A stretch of 64,000 nucleotides of DNA from Diadema antillarum (lineage: Eukaryota), in NCBI RefSeq assembly GCF_040938485.1, contig NW_027270922.1, positions 2,480,001 through 2,544,000 on the forward strand, read 5' to 3'. The notes under the pieces were generated by a model. It was not told the DNA's origin. It saw only the letters and a list, made by a program, of their open reading frames with translations, and ran no database searches. This document shows positions 24,303 through 37,100 of the stretch, piece by piece; the first letter of the stretch is position 1; each line of letters opens with the position of its first letter. A program made the position numbers and the translations under genes.

Positions 24303-24459
24303 GGCCCCGTTTCATAAAAAGTTGATATGATAACAACTCTTGCTGGAATGTCATTTGTCATGGTAACGACATGAATGCAGCTTCCTGATTGGCTGTTGCT
24401 ATAGGAAGTTGTCATTCCAACAAGAGTTGACATCCTAACATCTTTTATGAAACGGGGCC
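24303..24459. mobile_element. 157-bp Harbinger-like MITE with CAG TSD
   Basis: CAG|GGCCCCGTTTCATAAAA...TTTTATGAAACGGGGCC|CAG, with an internal inverted AACTCTTGCTGGAATG / CATTCCAACAAGAGTT pair. Confidence 0.8.
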
Positions 24460-25346
24460 CAGAACGTTCAGTATTGTGTTTACAAACATAACGTGGAACA
24501 TATACGCATCCGCAAATGTATGTATTTACAACGTTGCACACGGAACAGCTTCCCCCTTTTGCATACGGTGCCTGGTCACAAATGCATGATTACAAAAGGT
24601 GTACATACATAACATACGTCTTTCATCTATACGCCTATGTAACGTCTAACATGATAGCTGGCTCATATTCAAGCTTGTCTGAAGCCTAGACAAGCATGTG
24701 TTTTCCCTCTGATATACTATTCAGTCTTTTTTTTTTTATAGGTAGCTCTTATCTTCTTCTTACGTGAGTCATAATTCTTTGATCTTTCGCACCCGAATGA
24801 ATGCATGCCCGAAAACAATCGCATTCTGGTATGGTACAGTATACAGTACCTCGCATCACCATGTTCCGCTATTATGTAAACAAGGGAAGCACAATGCATG
24901 CAAAGCCGATAAGGAGACAATAGCGACGATGAATTCAGTGCTTTACGCTCAAGAGAGGAGGGACACAGTGTTCGTTTCTTCCTTCTTTTCCATCCTGAGA
25001 TCTTCCTGATTTTCTTCTTCCTCCTCATCCCCCATTTTCAAATCTCCTTTCTCTCGTTGTCCCTCAGACACATTGAGTCTCCCTCTCCCTCTCTTTCTCT
25101 AATATTTCCCGCTTATTTTCGTGTCTTCATTTCAGTTTCATTTCATTTCATTTCATTCATTTCATTTCCAACGAAGTATACTTACAGCATTGAGGCTAAT
25201 TTCTTAGAAGGGAGATATAGCGTGATGATATACAATCATAAATAATGTGACAAACAGTAAGTGTGAAAGAAAAGTTGTTCTTCTGCTAGTCTTTTTGTTT
25301 CTTTTCCCTCTTGTCTCTTCCTCCTTCCTCTTTTCTTGTATTTCTC

Positions 25347-25390
25347 TCTTCTTCTTCTTCTTCTTCTTCTTCTTCTTCTTCTTCTTCTTC
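25347..25390. repeat. (TTC)n microsatellite
   Basis: Directly visible; it explains the poly-Lys and poly-Phe ORFs here. Confidence 0.95.
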
Positions 25391-26533
25391 AGCGCTCCCA
25401 CGTCTTGCAGCTTAACCCGTTCCATACTGAATTCTGAAATCCCCACTGACTTAGTACACAGGCCACCAGGTTTCTGCATGGAATGGGTTAAGAACCCCCA
25501 ACCGCATTCAAAATTGCTCGAGCGATCTTCTTTCCTTTGAAACCTTACAGGGTCATGATCAGGAGGATGATTGTTTTGCGACAAAATTGATACAAATTTT
25601 GAGGGTATACCATCATCTTGTATGAACTAATGTTTCATTGTTCTTTAATATTACTCCTTGAGATCAAATACATGACGTCACAATGACTAGTTGATGCTGT
25701 CTTAAAACCTGAATCCCAGTAGCGATAAGGCAGGGTTAAGTGAAACACACAACATACTTTTTAAAAATCTCTGTCACAACAAAATACAACGTTTCACTAT
25801 TTCTATTCCTGCCTGCATGAGGTCGGATAAGATACATCGGTTCACTTCCAATCTAGGTGATTTGATTTTCTACACAGATGATGCCGAGAAAGTACTGGGA
25901 GATTCGTCGATGTCTAGTGTGTATGTAAGCGGTGGCTCAGGCAATGCGTCAATTTGTTTCATGCATTTTTTTTCTGGAAAATGATTAAGTGTGAACACAG
26001 TGTTTTGTGGATGAAGCGATATACATGTTTGTATAATACTTGATTGATTGTAGATTTTTTTTTCTGCCAGATGTGCAAGGGCAAACACATCTAAAGTTAT
26101 AATCAATTCAATTCAATTCATACATTTATTCAGTAATAAAAATCGTTTCGATATAAAACGTGTACAAAATGTAGCAGGTACAGTTCTGAGAAAGCCAGAG
26201 GCTTGTTGAAATAGAATGTACCCTTGAAAACAAATCATACACATATTGCAATGTAAACATTGAAATACCAAAGTGATAATAGTAATCAAGTGAAGTATAT
26301 GTTGTTTGAAGGTTTGCATGGTGAAGTAAATGAGGGAGAAAGATTTGCGGTGACACCATACACATGGTGTCATCGCAAATCTTTCTCCCCTAAGTGAAGT
26401 ATAATAACAAATGTTCGAAATGTAGTTATGCAACCCATTTTTAATCACTAAGTTATTAGCAGTGGTGGAGTCTCGTTGTTTCAGTTCTGCCAAATAAATC
26501 AACAATTCTTGCTTTCAGAAACTGTCTTTGAGA

Positions 26534-28726
26534 ATGGCGGCTAACGAAGGTAGCAAGACCGAAAACCCGCGCGTCATGATGTGGTGCGTCTTCCGCTCGG
26601 TGTCGACCGCGATGTCGAAGTGCCTCAGCCACGTCGAGGGAGCCGAGGTGTGGATCGAGCCGTACAACATGGCCAAGGCCGCGGAAGACACGCTGCTGTG
26701 GTACGACAAGGACGCTTCGCTGCCGCTGGAGGTGAAGGGGAACGAAGAGACCTACCGACAGGCCGCCGAAGGCATGGCCATGGGGGGAGACCTCGCCCGG
26801 TACAAGTTGGAGCTTCTCTCGTGAGTGATTGCCACCTCTAAGTAATTATCTATCTGCTCTCGTTTCGTTATAGAACACGAGATATTCTGATGACCTACAG
26901 TCAATTTAAAAACGTTGACAAGTTCACTAGCAAAGCGCAATTCCGCATTTAGCTCCCTGTAAAATACTAAAAAATTGCCTATTGGTCAAAAACATGATTT
27001 TGTTAAAACAAATCATGTCAGTGCTGAGAGTTGTTAACAACTCTTTCGATAGTAATGTGGTTGCGACCTTTACCAACAATCAGCGACAGCGTGTAAAATA
27101 CATTATTTTGCCATAATTTTTCTCCTTTTTCAAGTTTGATTTTGATGAATTTGCTGCGTGGTGAAGTCTACCACATGAGTTAAAAAGGGCCCCATCGTGA
27201 CATTCCTATCTCAAGTTGTAGACTAATCAAAACGTATCCTCTATTGCCTCTTATTGCAGTAAGACTGTCATGCGAATTTATTTTGGGTGTCAAGAAATGA
27301 ATTAAACTTTAAAAGAAAAATTTAAGCCTGTCACACAAACATTGTAACTCTAATTTGATGCATGGCGTCATCATGGCGAAAGGTCATCCATTTCCAAGCC
27401 TTTTCACAACTCGTTCGGATGGCATTTCTAGTTGACATACACATGTAGGCAATGGTGGTTTCAAATAAAAATATACGACATTAGTATGTATTTCATTTTA
27501 TATCACTATGCTTTAATGCTACAACGTTTAACACAACCGAACAACAAGAAAATTAATCAAGCGAATAAAATGCTCAATAGTGCTATAATAACCATCTTGC
27601 CCACATATTATTAGACTGCTGCCATGGATGTGAATGAATGAAAGTTCATTTTTGCATTTTTTGTTATCCCTTAAATACGAATTGATAAAAATCTCTAAAA
27701 TAATGCACTCGAATTTATATGACCCATGCTGACAACTGTACGATGATGGCGATGACGATAATCATCATTATTAGGTTCGACGATTAACTTTAATGAGGAA
27801 AAGGATGATGGTGGTGGTGTAGATGAATGGGAGTCATATTGGTTGCAAACATATCTTATGATTATATGTTGTTGTTGATTACATGAAATGAATAGTATTA
27901 TCTAAGGAAGAAGAACTTGAAGGAACATCGCCATCTACTTCTTCATCTATCATGATAGCATCTGAAAATAGAAACAAAAAATAGAGAAAATGGTGCTTGC
28001 TTGCTTAATTTTCTTTCGTCGTATTTTCTTCCTAATAGACCTGTCACCTTGAAAAGGGAATTCGATTCCATCAGCCCTAGCAAGAAATTTGTCTTCATCA
28101 AAGACATGGCAGTAGGAATGCCACCAGTCCGCTACAAATACCTTCCAAGCAAGGCTAGCGGCTTCAGGTACCTCTTCCTTATTCGACATCCGATCAAGGT
28201 GTACACCTCGTATCGCAAGGTCCTCCTCAAGTCCATGCTCGACGTCCCGCAAGAAGAACTCCCACCCGACTACGAAAAACCCGACCCCGCTACATTCCAC
28301 TGCGTCAACGAGTTTCCTCCGCCGAAGGACGGCACGCCGTACTTCTTCAAGGCGCTGAACGACTTCTGGAAGCACGTAAAGGCCACCTACGAACCGAAGC
28401 CGCTCATCTTAGACATTGATGATCTTCTGGCCGACCCTCCAGCCATGATGCCGCGACTGTGCAGCGCCCTCGGAATTCCGTACTCACCCAGTCTCCTCCA
28501 GTGGGACTCTTCTTTGGATGTCATTGCCAAGTGGAACCACGTGTGCCCGGATGTGAGCAAGGCTGACCGTCTTGTCTTGTTCCTTGAAGGGGCCATGAAA
28601 AGTAGCTGCTTCTTGAAGCCTTCTGGTCCCACGTCGCTGGAGGGAGCTACGGCTGATGTCAAGGAGATAGTGGGCAAGGAAATGCCATTCTACGAAGAAA
28701 TGTTCAAGGAGCGATTCACCGTGTGA
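26534..28726 (+). CDS. Sulfotransferase-like P-loop protein, paralogue 2; 2 coding exons, 324 aa
   Basis: Exon 26534-26820 (MAANEGSK...YKLELLS, donor TC|GTGAGT) and exon 28039-28726 (acceptor CTTCCTAATAG|A; PVTLKREFDS...ERFTV*) total 975 nt. Same intron position and phase as paralogue 1. Motifs MWCVFRSVSTAM, VWIEPY, KDMA, LIRHPIKVYTS, DIDDLLADP...LGIPY. 5'UTR acceptor CTTTCAG at 26518. Confidence 0.9.
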
Positions 28727-29114
28727 ACAATTGTAAAATATGTTATATCGTCAATGTGCAGAGTCAGTGTATCGATTCTTCTTTTTATCATTTCTTTTTG
28801 CAGTGTATTGATTAGTGGGTTTTGTACAGCAATTTGCAATGCAATGGCAGAGTAATGGTTGATTTTGTAGAATTTGTATTTTTTTTATATAAAACGTATT
28901 CTCTACAGATAGCCTCCGAAGATTATGTGGTGGTTCAGTAATCGTAGATTATCACAAAAAGCGACAAATATCCTCCTTGGTCCATTCGCTGTCCAGTGTC
29001 ATATTTCTGTAACTATTGATGCCTGCGTTTAAACGTTATATTTTGCGAGGATATACAGATGCTTTGTAGTTTTACTAAATACCATTAATTCACAACATAT
29101 ATCGCAGATCACTC

Positions 29115-29146
<32 letters not shown>

Positions 29147-29828
29147 ATAATAATAATAATGCACATTACATCTAAAAAATACCAGTGAGCCTTTATACGC
29201 AAAAAGACATCGAGAATCTAAAGAGACAGCAGAATGTTTTGGTTTCCATTTTATTTCTCAGTATTGTGCATCGTGCAAAATTACAGCGTATAACGAATTA
29301 ATTGACAAGTATCAAGTTTTTCTAAACTGATGACACCCTGATGATTGTGCTTTTTGGTATGCAACGGTATGAAATCTAACAGTCTTCGTTCTCAAGGTCC
29401 ACCATACCGCAGCAGTTACAGACATTCAGTCAAGTTGACCAATCGCATGTAATGCATCACAATACCCGTTCAAGAACACAGTTCTGTCTATATATATATA
29501 TTTGTTTATTTACAGCGATTATATATATTTGCGTAACATGTAACATTCTTTCTTTCATCATAAACGAGAACAAAATCAGTCAAGCCACGATTCTTCGATG
29601 AAGTTTCTGTTTACGCCCCCTGCGTTAGTTTGCAGTCACTGCAAAGTTCAAATATTGTAGAATCTTCACATAATGGTCAATCATGACCTCTCCGCCTGGA
29701 GGCTCAGTGTCTGTTCGGTTAGATGTATGATGTAGCATCAATTTCTTACTGACAGAAGTGTCAGATGCAATTAAAGGTGTGCCAGGGTGGACAAAACATA
29801 AATAGTTTGCATCAACTGTAGGGGTGTT

Positions 29829-30181
29829 NNNNNNNNNNNNNNNNNNNNNNNNNNNNNNNNNNNNNNNNNNNNNNNNNNNNNNNNNNNNNNNNNNNNNNNN
29901 NNNNNNNNNNNNNNNNNNNNNNNNNNNNNNNNNNNNNNNNNNNNNNNNNNNNNNNNNNNNNNNNNNNNNNNNNNNNNNNNNNNNNNNNNNNNNNNNNNNN
30001 NNNNNNNNNNNNNNNNNNNNNNNNNNNNNNNNNNNNNNNNNNNNNNNNNNNNNNNNNNNNNNNNNNNNNNNNNNNNNNNNNNNNNNNNNNNNNNNNNNNN
30101 NNNNNNNNNNNNNNNNNNNNNNNNNNNNNNNNNNNNNNNNNNNNNNNNNNNNNNNNNNNNNNNNNNNNNNNNNNNNNNNNN
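29829..30181. other. Assembly gap (N run)
   Basis: Run of N. Confidence 1.
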
Positions 30182-30419
30182 TTCTGACCTCCTTTTTCCT
30201 ATGGCACAATGTCCATGGTTGACACCGTTTTTTGCTGACTATCTACTCTGGGCGCACCACGATGGGGCAGAATCATTCACCCGTTTTTCTTGTGTGGATA
30301 GTTGAACCACTTCATCGGAAAACACCCTGCTCTTGTAGGACTGGAATGGGATCTTTTCTTCAAGTGAATGAGTCATGACTAACACAAACTAATATATATA
30401 TATCATATTTGAACTCATA

Positions 30420-30554
30420 GGGGCAGATTGTTGTGCCTCTTACTGAAGGGGGCGGCATTAGTTTACACAACACTGCTAAGCTATAGACTAGGGAATCGAA
30501 CCTGGGTGGTTTGGATTAGGAGACAGACACGCTACTGACTGAGCCATATCATCC
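30420..30554 (-). mobile_element. tRNA-derived SINE head (degenerate)
   Basis: The minus strand reads TGGCTCAGTCAG (Pol III A-box-like, 30546-30535) then GGTTCGATTCC (B box, 30502-30492). No complete cloverleaf or acceptor pairing. Confidence 0.6.
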
Positions 30555-31118
30555 CTTATAACACGAAAATCATGTACCACATTGAGCACCGTCAGAGTCC
30601 TTCCCAGGAATTTGTAATACATGCTCAAGTTTATGGAGAAAATTTCCCGCAATTTAAACATACCTGACGATTTTTCCCCAACTCATTCAGAGTGATACCC
30701 GTGGCAGACCGTGGGATTGAGTCTGTTACTTGTGGCTGGTCGCAAGTTTATTACTGGTCGTGGCCATCGGACTGAAAGGAAGAACACTGTCCACATTATC
30801 GCCATATCACGTTGTCAGTGGCCAGGTAACTGCTTGTAAATCAGCAGATAAAAGCAGAGCAATGGCGATACCTTTCACCCTACACCAAATCCTAATACCC
30901 CAAAGAAAAAAAGAATAAAAAAAAAGAACAGACAAAAAACGTACCAACAAAACAACAACAAATCTTTCCTTGGGACCCTATGAGTTGTCATGCTCGATCG
31001 AGATGTCGAATTTTCCCAACCTTCTTTCAGAGACTCTTTGTGTACATCCACTAGAAGGAGGTTCACACCCCGGTAAAAAGACAAGAGGATTCTTTCTCGG
31101 TGGTAGGAATGGTATCGC

Positions 31119-34100
31119 TCAGAAGACACCGTAATGTTTCATGTCTCCCTGCACTAGAGGCGAAGAAGGGGTACTCCCCAGCGATGATGGTGTATCTTTC
31201 TCGATAGAGGGCGTTACGTCCAACTCTTGGTTCTCCTTCATGACAGACTCATAGCTCGGTGGGAGACCTAATGAAGTGTTAATTGAGAAAGGGGAATGAG
31301 GAGCGAGTGAGAGGGAGGGGGAAAGAAGGTACAGAAAGAATGAGAGAGACGAGGGGCGGAGTTGAGAAAAGAAACAAGGATTTAATGATTGTTAGTTCAC
31401 CACAAACGTCGCTGAATAGCGATGCTCGGAGTGTGGTATATTTTACATTCTTTCAGACTAGGTCTTTAAGACTTCCTATGATCATATACTTTGTGTCCTA
31501 GATCATATTCAAAACACACATACTTAATTTCCAGAATAATGTGTTTTGAGTTTGGCTGCTAGAATGGAGGTGATTGAGAAGTTGATCTTAATGTTTTCAT
31601 CAAAACACTGGTTAAAAGTAAGCCTAACATACAACATAAAAGAAACAGAAGTTGTAAATTTCAAAACTTTCTTTGAATTTGGACAGAATTTCGTTAAGAT
31701 ATCAAACTTTCTGGTTATGAACTTTGGCAGAGGTACTTTATGCAATGAGTATTTAACAATACTCTCAGATTTAATGTCTGCAGCTTGGTAACATAACGCT
31801 ATGTATACAACTATATGTATTTCATATTTTATTCACCACGATATATAGCAGTTATTTTGATATTCACAGAGGAAAATGAATGAAAATAAATTCATGACTC
31901 ATGGTTGGTTATGTGCCGATTCAATATGGTTCGGCTTGTTTTCTGAAAACTTTCTTGGTAAAGAAACCTTCGATGGTTGCTTTCCTGTTGTGCAATGACA
32001 TTATTATTACGAGTGAACTTCTATTGTTGTGTCAATAAATGAAAACAATTTAACCGCTTCAGGTCAAGCCACGTGAATGTGTAATACACAAATGGATTGT
32101 ACATTTTTGTAAAGTATGTACTTAGATTAGGTTAGGAATCATTGTACATTGTAGTTTCGTACAGTCAGTAAAGTTGAATATAAGTTACTTAGTTTTTCTA
32201 AAAAAAAAGTCACATTCGAACTAAATTATTTGTAATGAATATGAGTCTTACTATGAGCCCTTTCATTGAGGGGTTGCAAACTAGTATCAACAGAAGTTTT
32301 GAAAGTTTTGAAATAATTATGTTATTCCTATACATTCAAAACACACCAGAAAACTAAAAGTTATCCCCCTCTAATGTATGAATTTACATTTAAACAAGTA
32401 TCAGGTAGTCGTAGGCATCAATATGACTTAAGATGGTAGTTTTTAAAGAATTATCATACATTGTCCTTCATGCAAGAATTCGTTTTATGTCGAAGGCAAA
32501 ATATTTTACATTAACAATGGAATCTCAGTTTATTCTAACAATCTGTAAGTTTTTATCAATCTCGTTAATGTAATTCGTTTGCAATAGAATAATATATTTC
32601 TAAGTTTCCTACAATTTCTGTATACCATTCCGACTTAGGAATCAAATTGTAGTATTTGAAACAGGAGCAGAAGGAAAGAGGGAAAAATGAGAGACAAAAA
32701 CGGATAAAAGGAGAGAGAGAAAAAAAAAAAGAGGGAGGGGAGATATAGACAGCATATACTACTAAAGGGGAGAGAGAAGGAGAGAAAGGGAAAGATAGCA
32801 ACATACCGTTGACGGTTGAAGCTGACTGGCCTTCGATATCATTGGGGCGTGGTCGCAGGTGAATTGGATCGCCTCGGAGGTGGGGTTGAAAGTGGAGGTT
32901 CCTCAGGGCGGGAATCGTCCCGATGATGACGGGAAAAGAAAGCGTAGCGACAGGCTTGGTGCCACCAAGGTATGCTTTGATCTATGACATGGTCAGAAGT
33001 ATGGCGAGAAGTCGCATATGTATCGGAATAGTTATTGTACGTCATGTGTAATTTGTGTGGAAACTTATTAAATGAAATGAAATGAAAATTATAACGTATT
33101 GAATTGCATTATGCTTTACGGAACATTACTTCATAAATCACTCCCTCTCTGGAATGAAGAAAAAATAAGAAAAATATTCTTCTTGCCTTTAGCGCCTTCG
33201 AAACACATTTTGACCGGGGATAAATAGACATCTTGCCTCAAGATGTTTTGTTGTATTAAACGATACAACATTATTAGCAGTCATGTACTCCACATACTTC
33301 ATCTCTGCTGCCATCTAGAGCCCAAACTAGGGTAATATGCTACAGTGAGATTCCAACTACACTCGAGTAAACACAATGAGAGTTTGCGTACTCTTGTTAC
33401 ATTTTCCTGTTTGAGCTGTCTGTAGCTCACATGACTGTGCTCTAGCATGCCCTAGCCACGTTAAGTGTGATACTTCCTGGATAATGTCTCAGGAAGTGTT
33501 CGCACTTTGTTGTTACGACTACTGTAACAATCACTATATACACGTATATATACCAGCGTTTAAATTGAAACAGTATTACAAGCGGTTCTGTGGGAAAGTA
33601 CAGCCATCAAGTAGGTAGTTTCGAGTGGATAACATAAACCACAGCCATCGTTCAACCACCACTTGTCTATGACCTTGGATACATGAAAGCTGATGTCAGG
33701 AAGACGAGGAAGAGTGACTGTAAAGAAAATGGACGCCCATCTAAATACGTCCAAAGCTACGAACATAAAATTTAAAACCTTCTGGTCGCTAACCTGCATG
33801 AAGTTTTCGACGTTATAAAAGGGAGACGAACATTTCAAATAAATCTATATAGTTATCAAACTAGGTTAGCCTCAAATGATCCTGAATGCTGAGCCAACAT
33901 ATGAATCATAGGCAAACATTATGCATTATCACTATTTCCGTCATATTACTCAATAGTCCAAGAGCATTAGGGCAAAATGGGCTTAAACCTAGACATTTCT
34001 GGTAACAAGCAGTTTTTTTTTTTCAGGATAGGTCCAGAAATACCGGGTATGTCTAGAATAACATACTAAAGGCCTCATAAATCCTCCTTGAGCGTTTTCC

Positions 34101-37100
34101 GCAATCCCTGATGGCGTCCAAAATGGCCGCCATTTCCTGACATTCTTTAAAAACTTTACAACCAGGGAACCCAATACAAAAAACCAAGTAACCCAATACA
34201 AAATTTAAGTGTCTAAATATATGTTTTGGAAGATGAAGAACTCAATAAAATACATGTTAACAGCTGTTGACGCACACATGTACCGAAATCCAAGATGGCG
34301 TCCAAAATTGCCGCCATTTCCTCAAATTCGTATAACCCTTCAACCAGGCAACTCAATACAAAATTTTAGTGTCTAAATATACGTTTTGAAACATGAAGAA
34401 CTCAATAAAATACATGTTAAGAGATGTTGACGCACACAAGTACCGAAATCCAAGATGGCGTCCAAAATGGCCGCCATTTCCTCAAATTCGTATAACCCTT
34501 CAACCAGACAACCCAACACAAAATTTAAGTGTCTATATGTTTTGAAACATGAAGAATTCAATAAAAAAGAAAAGTTATAAGAATTTCAGGAAATGGCGGC
34601 CATTTTGGACGCCATCTAGGGTTGCAGAAAACGCTCAAGGAGGATTTATGAGGATTTTTAATATGTTATTACAGACACATTCCTGGAGCTATCCTGAAAA
34701 AAAAAGCTTTTTACCAGAAATGTCCAGATTAAAGCTAATACTCTTGGCCTACAAGTTCTCTGAGGTAATTGCAAATGGTACATGTGTCTCTATTGTTGTT
34801 GTTGTGTGTGTGTGTGTGTGTATGTGTGTTTTTTTTTATAATCTACGAGTATCTCAAATGCTGTGAAAGGGCGTCTTTATCTCGGCAAGAAAATGCTGAC
34901 GTCTTTATACTCAGAGGGTCAAATCATAATTTACAAGAAAAGTCAAGAATTGTGTCCGGAGATTTTCGTCCTTCCAGATGAACCTCCTGACTGACCTCGA
35001 GCTCGTAGTCCAGGCTGATGTTGGAGCATCCTTGGAAGGCACACGGGGTCAGCTCACGGGGCAAGAAGATGGCCTGAGTGGACAGCCGGCGTGGTTCGCA
35101 GGACACGTGACCCGACATCACTGACGCAATCATGACGTCACGACTCGTGGTAGTGCCCTCGTTCGATTTGAAGGTCGTCACCTATACAAAGTGCGTCAAT
35201 GGAATAGTTACTTGGTCCTTTTAGTCATAATCTTATTCCTTTTATTGTACTGTGATGTATACATCAATGACGACTCATACAGAAAGAAAAATACTTGCAA
35301 TAGCGTTTGGGAAAACCCGACGTCGCGCCCCTTTCTTTTCTTTCATTTGTGTGTGTGTGTGTGTGTGTGTGTGTTTGATCACGAACGTCAAGTAGGAAAA
35401 CATTGCCCTTCTGGAGATGACTGTGAAATTCCCACTCAGTGCAAACTTTAAATCAATGCAAGGAAGAAAAACGAACGAAAAAGTGAAAGTTGATTCAAAT
35501 GCAAACAGGATGAATGAAAACTAAACGGAAGTTTCGAAACATGTCAACCTGAAAAGTGTGCACCATTATTTGCACCATTGTTTATTTATTTTTTTGAAAG
35601 TGGCTCAACTGAAGCAGTGTTTTTTGTTTCGATAGTGCAACACACACACACACACATCCACACCCACACACACAACGCACACAAACACACACACCCTCTC
35701 ACACACACACACACACGCACACCCTCACACACACACAACACACACGCACACGAACACCTATGCACACACACTGACACTTTGTCACAACCATTCTCCAACA
35801 TTGACATTGTGTGTAATGACATGGTAACATTTGGACAGTTTCAGCAGTGCCCTGCATATCGTTTTTTTTTTTTTTTTTTGTTAAAACATCCGAAGGGTAA
35901 AATATAATGTATGTTAATGATATGATTATGGCATTGCAATGAAAAAAAAATAGTAATACTTGGAGGACCAAACGCAATGTCTAACTTTCCCACATCGGCA
36001 GCGGTAAGAGACAATTTACTGATTTTCAAACCGCAAAGACATTCGTGCCACAAAAATGTTTAAAGGTGAATTGACTCAAGCACTGTATACACACCGTAAT
36101 AAATCAAATTACTGTTTGATATAGTACTTATCACTCGGGGCCAAAAAACAAGGCTTACTTGGGGCGGGTTTTTTTTTAATGGTTTTTGTCAAACCTGTAT
36201 AAGTGCGGCATGAATGTCGTAGCTGTCCGTGCTCTCATCCTCATCGACAACCTGGCCAGAGAGGACGATGGGTTCCCCGGGGGCGTAGCCACCTTTGTCG
36301 ATAGCTACCGTCACTGTGACCTGGCCCACGTGACAGCAACATGACGTCAGCGTTTTGGTACTTTCCCGTATGACGGGCTCCTGACGTGCCAGAGAGAAAG
36401 GGACAAAAAGACATACATAGAATTAATGACGATCAAAAGAGGAAGCAGGAGGGAAGGGAGAAAGTTGAAAGAATTGAAAGAATTTGTCATTTCAAATTAT
36501 TCATCAATGCAAAGCAGGAAGCAAAACATTTTAATTTGTTTGAATGATTTAGAGTGTGATTATATTCCATAATTAGGTGAAATGAAAATCGGACGCAGGG
36601 TAGGAAACTTATGGAATATCTTTTAGATTTGAAATGTTTTCACGATATGTCGACATTTACGTGCTAGAAAATTTCAGTCCATTTAATTCAATTCAATTCA
36701 ATTCACTCAAATTTTATTTCATTTCTCGACGAGAACATAGATATTTCACTTTCTTTGGGAACAGAGAATATAGTTTCATAAACAAAACAAAGCACATTGA
36801 AAAGAGTATACAATGATTGTGGAATCTTATGGTAATGATATTCATACATTGTCATGAAAACTGAAGTGATGAAAAAGAAATAACTATATATACGCAAACT
36901 GCGACCCCTGATCAAAAATGTTTGTCATTCAATTTTTTGACATAATCATTGACACGTAGGCCTATAAAAATATGATTTGTAATACTTGCCAGAATATGGT
37001 TCACGTGATTCAAATCAACGTCGCGGTGTATGTGGAACTGTCGTTTGACCTTGTGGGGCGGCTTGTTGTTCAACCTGTGGATCTTGACCCGGACGTTGAA

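Noticed and set aside
30420-30554. Possible tRNA gene
   Set aside because: A and B boxes are present but the acceptor and anticodon stems do not pair, so it was treated as a SINE head.
30730-30918. Hydrophobic ORF LWLVASLLLVVAIG with a CAG|GTAACT donor
   Set aside because: Starts at TTG with an in-frame stop just upstream, no ATG or good acceptor, and lies antisense in the probable ARRDC 3'UTR.
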